Assembly: GCA_949292335.1 (NCBI GenBank)
Contig: CASEYY010000016.1
Location: forward strand, 16,922-80,921
Direction of reading: 5' to 3'
DNA length: 64,000 nt
Origin: an uncultured Pseudomonadota bacterium
GTDB taxonomy: Bacteria; Pseudomonadota; Alphaproteobacteria; RF32; CAG-239
In this document: piece after piece, positions 46,542-54,034 of the stretch
How the letters are laid out: each line of letters begins with the position of its first letter
Numbering within the stretch: position 1 is the stretch's first letter
The notes under the pieces: generated by a model
The model's input: only the letters and a program-made list of their open reading frames with translations
Told to the model about the DNA's origin: nothing
Databases searched by the model: none
Position numbers and translations under genes: made by a program

Positions 46542-47986
46542 TACCTAAGAATTATGCCAACCAAATGCGTAGCCGCATCTTGGTTAAAGTTGTTGAAAGC
46601 TTTTATAAAGACAGATTTGAAAGTGCCGATGAGATTCCGATTGAAATGCGGCCGAAAGATTATGATTCAAGTCGTTGCTGTATCTATAAAGACAGAGCAA
46701 TCTTGAAATATCGTATGATGGCGGCAATGGGTTTTACTCCGCAAGAAGAAACCAATGAGGCTAAACAACTAAAGGATTATGGCAAAGAAGCCTTAAAAAG
46801 ACAAAACCATGCCAAGAGCTGTTTGGCGGTGATTGATATTGCTTGCTCGGCTTGCGTAAAATCTCAATATATGGTTACCGATGCTTGCCGCGGTTGTTTT
46901 GCTCGTCCTTGTGTTATGAACTGCCCTAAACAGGCTATTTCAATTATCAACGGTCGTTCGCACATAAATCCTGACCTGTGTGTGTCTTGCGGAAAATGTC
47001 TGGAAGTATGCCCTTATCATGCCGTGGTTAAGTTACCGGTACCTTGTGAAGAGGCTTGTCCGGTAGGAGCCATCCGTAAAGACGAACACGGTGTTGAGCA
47101 TATTAACGAAGAGACTTGTATCTCTTGCGGTAAATGCCTACAGTCTTGCCCGTTCGGAGCAATAGTCGAACGTTCACAACTGGTCGATGTTTTGAATTTA
47201 ATCCATAATACCGATAAAAAGGTTGTGGCCATGTTGGCTCCGGCTGTGGTTGGACAATTTCCGTTTGAAATTAATCAAGTGGTCGGGGCTTTGAAAAAAA
47301 TCGGTTTTGATGATGTGGTAGAAGTTGCCGCCGGTGCCGATGTTACTTCTAAAAATGAAGCCGCAGAGTTTATTGAAAGAATGAAAGAAGGGAAGAGCTT
47401 CATGACGACTTCTTGTTGTCCGGCTTATTACAGAGCTGCCGAAGTTCATATTCCGGAATTGAAACCTTTTGTCTCAAACACCAAAACACCGATGTATTAT
47501 GCCGCGGAAATGCTCAAGAAAGAGCAACCAGATTGCGTATCGGTATTCGTCGGTCCGTGTTTGGCCAAGAGATCGGAAGCCGAATACGATCCGAATGTGG
47601 ATTATGTTCTTACTTTTGAAGAAATCGGTGCAATGTTTGTTGGTGCAGGTGTTGAAATCGGTGATTGCGAACAGGCTCAGTTCGCTAAAGTTTCTTCGGC
47701 TCAAGGTCGTAATTATCCGCTGTCAGGCGGTGTGGCCGGTGCGGTTGGAAATTTGGTCGAAGGTGAAGTTGAATTCCGTCCGGAAAGGATTGACGGTTTG
47801 AGCAAAGAAAATATTAAATTGCTCAAAAAATATGCAACCAAAGGTTCGGAAAACAACATGATTGAAGTTATGTGTTGCGAGGGCGGATGTATTGCAGGCC
47901 CCGGTTGCATTGCCTTGGCTAAAAAAGCGGCTCGTCAGGTTGAAACCTATGTTGCTCAAGGTGTTAATCAAAAGGATATGAAGTAA
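46535..47986 (+). CDS. Catalytic [FeFe]-hydrogenase, group-B-like (HfsD/HydA2-like)
   Basis: Several Fe-S cluster motifs (CSAC..C, CVSCGKCLEVCP, CISCGKCLQSCP). All three H-cluster motifs are intact: TTSCCPAY, VGPCLAKRSE and EVMCCEGGCIAGPG. GTG start overlapping the ferredoxin stop. Confidence 0.85.
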   Translation: MLIPKNYANQMRSRILVKVVESFYKDRFESADEIPIEMRPKDYDSSRCCIYKDRAILKYRMMAAMGFTPQEETNEAKQLKDYGKEALKRQNHAKSCLAVIDIACSACVKSQYMVTDACRGCFARPCVMNCPKQAISIINGRSHINPDLCVSCGKCLEVCPYHAVVKLPVPCEEACPVGAIRKDEHGVEHINEETCISCGKCLQSCPFGAIVERSQLVDVLNLIHNTDKKVVAMLAPAVVGQFPFEINQVVGALKKIGFDDVVEVAAGADVTSKNEAAEFIERMKEGKSFMTTSCCPAYYRAAEVHIPELKPFVSNTKTPMYYAAEMLKKEQPDCVSVFVGPCLAKRSEAEYDPNVDYVLTFEEIGAMFVGAGVEIGDCEQAQFAKVSSAQGRNYPLSGGVAGAVGNLVEGEVEFRPERIDGLSKENIKLLKKYATKGSENNMIEVMCCEGGCIAGPGCIALAKKAARQVETYVAQGVNQKDMK

Positions 47987-48000
47987 GCCTCTTGAGAATC

Positions 48001-48034
48001 AAAAAACTCCTCGTGGAAAAACGAGGAGTTTTTT
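48001..48034. terminator. Bidirectional rho-independent terminator
   Basis: aaaaaactcctcgt-ggaaaa-acgaggagtttttt between the convergent hydA-like gene and proS. Confidence 0.8.
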
Positions 48035-48047
48035 GTCGGTTATAAAC

Positions 48048-49565
48048 CTAGTAACTTCTGGCGTAGATAACATCCATGGTTGCCGGTTTACCGGTCAAAA
48101 GACATTCTCCGGTAGTGCCGGATTGGTTGAAGGGAATGCAACGGATGGTAATCTTCATTTGCTTTAAGATTTCTTCCGTTTTGGGATCTCCGCACCATTT
48201 ACCGCGAACAAATGCAACCTTGCCTTGAGAGTCGTCTTCAATCCATTCGTTGGCATTGGCAAAATATTCGGCAAAGGCTTCTTTATCGGTAATGTCTTCG
48301 CGGATATTGCTCATCAACCTTTTTTGAGCTCTGGTGAACATTTCGTGTTGAATGTTTTCTAAGTATTGAGCAGCTTTGGCAATAAACTCGTCTTTAGACA
48401 CAACCTGTTTGCCTTCGGGAGTGTTGATATAAATTCTTTGACGCAACATCAAGTTGTTGCCTTCAACATCGCGTTTACCAATCTCCAAGATAATCGGAGC
48501 ACCTTTTCTGGTCCATTCCCAGAATTTGTCGATTGAAGATTTGTCTCTCTTGTCTAATTTTATTCTGATTTTTTCACCAAAAGGTGTTTGTTTGGCTAAA
48601 TCAGCTTGTAATTCTTTGATGTAGCTCATTACCAAGTCGCTGTCATCGGGGTTTTTGATTACCGGAACAATTACAATTTGGTAAGGTGCTATTTTGGGAG
48701 GAGTTACCATACCTTCATCATCGGCATGGGTCATAATGACACCTCCGATTAAGCGGGTGGAAACACCCCAAGAGGTCGTATAGGCGTATTCTTGCTTGTT
48801 TTCTTTATTTACAAAAGAAATATTGGCCGACTTGGCAAAATTTTGGCCTAAGAAATGTGAGGTTCCGGCTTGCAGGGCTTTACCGTCTTGCATCATAGCC
48901 TCAACACAATAGGTATCAACTGCTCCGGGGAATTTTTCATGCTCAGGTTTGCGGCCGGTTAATACGGGCATAGCCAAAGTTTGTTCGCACAACTCTTTGT
49001 AGGCATCGAGCATGGTTAAAGTTTCTTCTTCGGCTTCTTTAGCTGTTGAGTGAGCAGTATGTCCTTCTTGCCACAAAAATTCTCTGGTTCTTAAAAATAG
49101 GCGAGGTCTCATTTCCCAACGCACTACATTGGCCCACTGATTAATTAAAACCGGCAAATCGCGATAGGATTTTACCCATTTGGAAAAAGAATCGGCAATA
49201 ATGGCTTCGGAAGTAGGACGAACAATCAAAGGTTCTTCCAATTTGGAAGAGGGGACCAATTTACCGTCTTCCATGGCCAGACGCGAGTGCGTTACAACGG
49301 CCATTTCTTTGGCAAAACCGTCGACATGTTCGGCTTCTTTTTGGAAAAATGAAAGCGGAATAAACATCGGAAAATAGCAATTTTCGTGGTCGGTCGATTT
49401 GATTTTTTCGTCAAATACATCGCGAATTCTTTCCCAAATGCCATATCCCCATGGTTTGATTACCATACATCCCGGAGAAGATGAGTTTTCGGCCATGTCG
49501 GCTTCGGAAACTACATATTGATACCATTCGGGATAGTTGTCTTTTCTTAATTTTTTTAAACTCAT
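48048..49565 (-). CDS. proS: Prolyl-tRNA synthetase, archaeal/eukaryote-like type (no INS editing domain, C-terminal Zn-domain ending in Tyr)
   Basis: 505 aa with FLRTREFLWQEGHTAH and LQAGTSHFLGQNF class II motifs and a C-terminus ...DVIYARSY. Confidence 0.9.
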   Translation of the reverse strand: MSLKKLRKDNYPEWYQYVVSEADMAENSSSPGCMVIKPWGYGIWERIRDVFDEKIKSTDHENCYFPMFIPLSFFQKEAEHVDGFAKEMAVVTHSRLAMEDGKLVPSSKLEEPLIVRPTSEAIIADSFSKWVKSYRDLPVLINQWANVVRWEMRPRLFLRTREFLWQEGHTAHSTAKEAEEETLTMLDAYKELCEQTLAMPVLTGRKPEHEKFPGAVDTYCVEAMMQDGKALQAGTSHFLGQNFAKSANISFVNKENKQEYAYTTSWGVSTRLIGGVIMTHADDEGMVTPPKIAPYQIVIVPVIKNPDDSDLVMSYIKELQADLAKQTPFGEKIRIKLDKRDKSSIDKFWEWTRKGAPIILEIGKRDVEGNNLMLRQRIYINTPEGKQVVSKDEFIAKAAQYLENIQHEMFTRAQKRLMSNIREDITDKEAFAEYFANANEWIEDDSQGKVAFVRGKWCGDPKTEEILKQMKITIRCIPFNQSGTTGECLLTGKPATMDVIYARSY

Positions 49566-49631
49566 AATGTTTATTCCTTTTCATAACGTAATGAAATACT
49601 CACACCCCCATCGGTGCGGGCTCGCGGGCGG

Positions 49632-49659
49632 AGTATAACACAAGTTTTTATTTTGTGAA
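49632..49659 (-). promoter_or_regulatory. Candidate sigma-70 promoter for proS
   Basis: On the minus strand, TTCACA-16 nt-TATACT. This predicts a ~60-nt leader that begins in a GC-rich tract. Confidence 0.35.
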
Positions 49660-49830
49660 GCCTTTTTATTTATTGTAAATTTTTATGAGAAATAAATGTG
49701 AATTTAGGCGAATGTTTTTATAAAATTGTCTTGCCAAGCCCAAAATACTGTATTAGAGTCTTAGATATGACGGATAAGTCATGAGACATTTTGTCTCGGT
49801 TTTTAACCTGTTTTTTGAAGGATTTTTGAT

Positions 49831-50046
49831 ATGGCAACAGGAACTGTTAAATGGTTTAATAAGAAAAAAGGCTATGGTTTTATTACTCCCGATGAAGGCG
49901 GAAATGATGTATTTGTTCATATTACCGCCGTTAAGGCCGCGGGAATGTTTACTTTGCATGAAGGTGCAAAAGTAAGTTATGAGCTGAAAACAGAAAGAGA
50001 AAAAACTGTTGCCGGCGATTTGAAATTGCTTGAGGCTGCCGAATAA
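49831..50046 (+). CDS. cspA: Cold-shock protein (CspA family)
   Basis: GTVKWFNKKKGYGFITP (RNP1) and DVFVH (RNP2). Confidence 0.95.
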   Translation: MATGTVKWFNKKKGYGFITPDEGGNDVFVHITAVKAAGMFTLHEGAKVSYELKTEREKTVAGDLKLLEAAE

Positions 50047-50066
50047 CAGCTTTGATGCTTTATTAT

Positions 50067-50098
50067 AAACCCCCGTTCTAAATTAAGGACGGGGGTTT
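50067..50098. terminator. Bidirectional rho-independent terminator
   Basis: aaacccccgt-tctaaattaag-gacgggggttt between convergent cspA and the rubrerythrin gene. Confidence 0.75.
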
Positions 50099-50122
50099 AT
50101 TTTGAGCTTTGATTACAAACAA

Positions 50123-50662
50123 TTAGAATTGTTCTTGTAATTCAAAGAAGTAAGCTTGCGGGTGATCGCAAACCGGGCATTTGGCCGGTGCAGACGGGGA
50201 TTCTACACGATGTCCGCAGTTGGCACATTCCCAAATAACTTTGGTCGGACGTTCAAAGATTTTGCCTTCTTCCAAAGATTTTAATAATGCTTGATATCTT
50301 TCTTCGTGGCCTTTTTCGATTTTGGCTACTTGCTCAAACAAAAATGCAATCTTGTCAAAACCTTCTTCTTTGGCTTCTCTGGCCATACGAGCGTACATAT
50401 CGGTCCATTCGTAGTTTTCTCCGGCAGCAGCATCTTTTAAGTTGGTCAAGGTTGTGGGAACTTCACCGCCGTGCAACAATTTGAACCAAATTTTGGCGTG
50501 TTCTTTTTCGTTGTTGGCGGTTTGCTCAAATTTATCGGCTATTATGTTGTAGCCTTCTTTTTTGGCTTTGGAAGCATAGTAAGTGTATTTGTTGCGGGCT
50601 TGTGATTCGCCGGCAAAGGCTTCCATCAAGTTTTTTTCGGTCTTTGAACCTTTGAGTTCCAT
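50123..50662 (-). CDS. Rubrerythrin
   Basis: The N-terminus [23 protein letters not shown] belongs to a ferritin-like diiron domain. The C-terminus is a CANCGH...CPVCDHP rubredoxin-like domain. Confidence 0.9.
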   Translation of the reverse strand: MELKGSKTEKNLMEAFAGESQARNKYTYYASKAKKEGYNIIADKFEQTANNEKEHAKIWFKLLHGGEVPTTLTNLKDAAAGENYEWTDMYARMAREAKEEGFDKIAFLFEQVAKIEKGHEERYQALLKSLEEGKIFERPTKVIWECANCGHRVESPSAPAKCPVCDHPQAYFFELQEQF

Positions 50663-50680
50663 AAGTTTTCTCCTTTAATG

Positions 50681-51073
50681 TTAGTTGTTTGAGTTTTTTA
50701 GACAGTCGGGGCAAAGTCCGGAAAATGATATTTCCATGTCCTCAACCGTCAAACCTTGTTGCTTTAGAATGCTTTGCTTTATTTCCGGTATGATATTGGT
50801 CTCAATATCGAAAATTTTTAAGCATTTTGAGCAGACAAAATGATAATGCTTTTCGGTGCAATAATCAAAATGCAACACATTATCTATATAATCAAGTTTT
50901 TTTATTATTCCATTTTCCGCTAACTGATTGAGATTGCGATATACGGTCGCAAGGCTTATGTCGGGCAGCTGCTCTTTTACCATGGCAAAAACTTGCTCTG
51001 CCGTTGGATGGCAGGGATTGTTTTGCAAGACCTCCAGTATTAAAGAACGTTGTTTGGAAAATTTCATCTTCAT
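50681..51073 (-). CDS. Fur-family regulator, PerR-like by context
   Basis: 130 aa with a winged-helix block (ISLATVYRNLNQL), HFVCSKC and CPDC zinc motifs. It lies directly upstream of rubrerythrin and divergent from the flavodiiron gene. Confidence 0.8.
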   Translation of the reverse strand: MKMKFSKQRSLILEVLQNNPCHPTAEQVFAMVKEQLPDISLATVYRNLNQLAENGIIKKLDYIDNVLHFDYCTEKHYHFVCSKCLKIFDIETNIIPEIKQSILKQQGLTVEDMEISFSGLCPDCLKNSNN

Positions 51074-51089
51074 TTCCTGTGTATAAAAA

Positions 51090-51104
51090 TGATAATGATT
51101 ATTA
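51090..51104. promoter_or_regulatory. Fur/PerR-type 7-1-7 operator
   Basis: TGATAAT-G-ATTATTA shows one mismatch from the TGATAATnATTATCA inverted repeat. It sits in the divergent perR-like / flavodiiron intergenic region. Confidence 0.55.
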
Positions 51105-51188
51105 GTTTTAGAAAAAATATTTTATCTTGTCAATCAAAATAAAAAGATTATCTTATCAGCAATGACTTAATTTTTGAGGAGAACACAG

Positions 51189-52370
51189 ATGAATGCCGTA
51201 GAAATAAAAAAAGATGTATATTGGGTCGGGGTTAAAGACTGGAATTTGAGAGAATTCCATGGTTATAACACTCCGGACGGTTCAACTTATAACAGCTATT
51301 TAATTATGGATGATAAGATTACTTTGGTCGACGGAGTCAAAGCTTATTTAACGCATGAGCAAATTGCCAGAGTAAAGTCTATGGTCGATTTTTCAAAAAT
51401 ATCTTATGTAGTGGTAAACCACGTTGAACAAGATCACTCAGGCAGTATTCCTGAGATTATGAAACTTGCTCCGCAAGCCGTTATTGTTACCAACTCGGCC
51501 GGTAAAATGGCTTTGGAGGCTCATTTTGATACAACGGGTTGGCAATATCACATTGTTAAAACCGGCGACAGCCTAAATATCGGGAAACGCAATTTGAGCT
51601 TTTTGACAACTCCGATGTTGCACTGGCCGGATTCAATGATGACTTATGTGGCCGAAGATAAATTGTTGTTGCCTAACGACGGGTTTGGTCAACATTTGTG
51701 CTGTGAAGCCTTGTTGGTCAAAGATTATCCGAATGATTTGGTTATGAAAGCGGCAAAAAGTTATTACGCCAATATTTTGCTGCCCTACGGACAACAAGCC
51801 GAAAAAGCTTTGTCAGCGGCCGGTGAAATGAAGCTTGATATTGATATGATTGCACCGTCTCACGGTTTGATTTGGTCCGGAAAAGAAGAAGTTAATCAGA
51901 TACTTGGAGCATATGCTTCTTGGGCTAAGAGTGAGACAACTCATAAGGCCGTTATTGTTTATGATACGATGTGGGGCGCTACCGCAAAATTGGCAGAAAC
52001 CGCTATGGCAGAATTCCAAGATGCCGGTATCAATGTGGTAAAATATAATTTGGGTATTAGCCACATTTCCGATGTTATTACCGATGTGTTGGATGCCGAA
52101 TATGTATTAATCGGTAATCCGACCCTTAATAACCAGATGTTCCCGCGAGTTGCCGCCTTTGTTACTTATATGAAAGGACTGGCTCCTAAGGGTAAGAAAG
52201 GTTTGGCTTTTGGTTCTTACGGATGGCGTCCGGGAGTGGTTAAAGAAATTAAACAAGTTATGGACGATTTGGGCTGGAAAACCGCAGATGTATTCGAAGA
52301 AAAATATACGCCGAAATCTGATGTGTTGAGCCAATTTGCTCAAAGAGTAAAAGAGTTTATCAGCCTTTGA
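51189..52370 (+). CDS. Flavodiiron protein (FprA-type O2/NO reductase)
   Basis: The MBL-like domain has the VVNHVEQDHSGS (HxExDH) diiron motif, and a C-terminal flavodoxin-like domain follows. Start at the ATG at 51189 after a gaggag RBS. Confidence 0.85.
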   Translation: MNAVEIKKDVYWVGVKDWNLREFHGYNTPDGSTYNSYLIMDDKITLVDGVKAYLTHEQIARVKSMVDFSKISYVVVNHVEQDHSGSIPEIMKLAPQAVIVTNSAGKMALEAHFDTTGWQYHIVKTGDSLNIGKRNLSFLTTPMLHWPDSMMTYVAEDKLLLPNDGFGQHLCCEALLVKDYPNDLVMKAAKSYYANILLPYGQQAEKALSAAGEMKLDIDMIAPSHGLIWSGKEEVNQILGAYASWAKSETTHKAVIVYDTMWGATAKLAETAMAEFQDAGINVVKYNLGISHISDVITDVLDAEYVLIGNPTLNNQMFPRVAAFVTYMKGLAPKGKKGLAFGSYGWRPGVVKEIKQVMDDLGWKTADVFEEKYTPKSDVLSQFAQRVKEFISL

Positions 52371-52454
52371 TAAATTGAATAATGTACTTGCAAAAATATG
52401 TCCGTGAGGTAAACTCGCCTCATGGATATATTTTTTTGTGAAGAGGTAAAAAAT

Positions 52455-53303
52455 ATGGAGCAAAAAACTGTTAAAATCGGCAATTTCGAAATCGGAAATC
52501 GGTTACCGTTTTCTTTGTTGTGCGGACCTTGCCAAATCGAAAGCAAGCAACACGCTATCGATATATGCGGTGCTATGTGCGAAATCACCAAAGAATTGGA
52601 GATAAACTACATTTTTAAGGCTTCTTTTGACAAGGCGAACCGGACTTCCATCAACGGAGCAAGGGGTGTGGGTTTGGACAAAGGAATGGAAACTTTTGAT
52701 GAAATCAAAAAAATCTATAACAATATTCCGATTGTTACCGATGTGCACGAAACCTGGCAGTGTGAAAAAGTGGCGGAGCATGTGGATATGCTCCAAATAC
52801 CGGCTTTCTTGTGCCGTCAAACTGATTTGGTGGTGGCCGCAGCAAAAACCCAAAAAGTAGTTAATATAAAAAAAGGTCAGTTTTTAGCTCCGTGGGATGT
52901 AAAAAATTTGATACAAAAAGTTACCGATTCCGGAAATAATCGAGTATGTATTACCGAACGCGGAACATCATTCGGATATAATACCTTGGTGGTGGATATG
53001 CGAGGATTTCCGCAGATGGCTAAAGATACCGGATTTCCGGTGATATTTGATGCTACACACTCGGTACAACAACCGGGAGGTAAAGGATCTTCCACCGGCG
53101 GACAGAGAGAGTTTGCTCCGGTATTGGCCAGAGCGGCCATCGCCGTAGGAGTGGGGGGATTGTTTATCGAAACTCACGAAAATCCGGACAAAGCATTGTC
53201 CGACGGTCCTAACACCATTGCATTGAAAGATATGAAACCAATGCTGGCATATCTAAAAGAATATGATGCCTTGACCAAAACTAAGGTAAGCGATTTTTAT
53301 TAA
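52455..53303 (+). CDS. kdsA: 3-deoxy-8-phosphooctulonate (KDO8P) synthase
   Basis: GPCQIES, FKASFDKANRTS, IPAFLCRQTDL and FDATHSVQ motifs. Confidence 0.9.
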   Translation: MEQKTVKIGNFEIGNRLPFSLLCGPCQIESKQHAIDICGAMCEITKELEINYIFKASFDKANRTSINGARGVGLDKGMETFDEIKKIYNNIPIVTDVHETWQCEKVAEHVDMLQIPAFLCRQTDLVVAAAKTQKVVNIKKGQFLAPWDVKNLIQKVTDSGNNRVCITERGTSFGYNTLVVDMRGFPQMAKDTGFPVIFDATHSVQQPGGKGSSTGGQREFAPVLARAAIAVGVGGLFIETHENPDKALSDGPNTIALKDMKPMLAYLKEYDALTKTKVSDFY

Positions 53304-53306
53304 AAA

Positions 53307-54026
53307 ATGCAGTTCGTCGACGAAGGATATATCATAAAGTGTCGCAAGCACGGTGAAAAATCTTTAATCATCACCGTTTTGTGCAAAAATTACGGTAAAG
53401 TGTGCGGTTATGTTAAAAACGCCATGACTAAAAAAAATATGGCGGTGTTTCAACCGGGGAATCTGGTAAAAATCGATGCTTGGTCCAGAGTTGATGACAA
53501 TATGTTGTTGCTCAAAGTTGAGCTAATTAAACCTTATGCGGTTAATTTTATCACAAGTGCCGATAAACTAAGGTCTTTATCTTGTTTTTGTGCGTTGTCG
53601 GATATTTGTTTGCCGGAGTTGCAACCTCTGGACAGGTTTTATTATTGGGTTGAGAGTTTTGTTAATTTAATACTTGAAGATAACTGGATAACTCATTATT
53701 GTTTCTTTGAATATAGCCTTCTGGAATTCCTTGGGGTGGGGCTAGATTTGTCGGAATGTGCCGCCACCGGAACAACCGAAAATCTAGAGTTTGTTTCGCC
53801 GAAAACCGGTAAAGCCGTGTGCTATGAAGCAGGACTGCCATATAGAGATAGATTGTTTAAATATCCGCATTTCATCGTGGAACAAAATTTTAGTCCGACA
53901 CCGTCGGAAATGGCTGATTTATTAAGGTTGACAGAGTTTTTCCTCAATAAAAACTTTTTTGCAATTCATAACTTGAAATTTCCGGAATGCCGTGATAATT
54001 TGGCAGAAATTGTAGAAAAATTATAG
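53307..54026 (+). CDS. recO: DNA repair protein RecO
   Basis: 239 aa with an N-terminal OB-fold-like region ([21 protein letters not shown]) and typical size and position. Moderate sequence recognition. Confidence 0.7.
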   Translation: MQFVDEGYIIKCRKHGEKSLIITVLCKNYGKVCGYVKNAMTKKNMAVFQPGNLVKIDAWSRVDDNMLLLKVELIKPYAVNFITSADKLRSLSCFCALSDICLPELQPLDRFYYWVESFVNLILEDNWITHYCFFEYSLLEFLGVGLDLSECAATGTTENLEFVSPKTGKAVCYEAGLPYRDRLFKYPHFIVEQNFSPTPSEMADLLRLTEFFLNKNFFAIHNLKFPECRDNLAEIVEKL

Positions 54027-54034
54027 GATTAACA

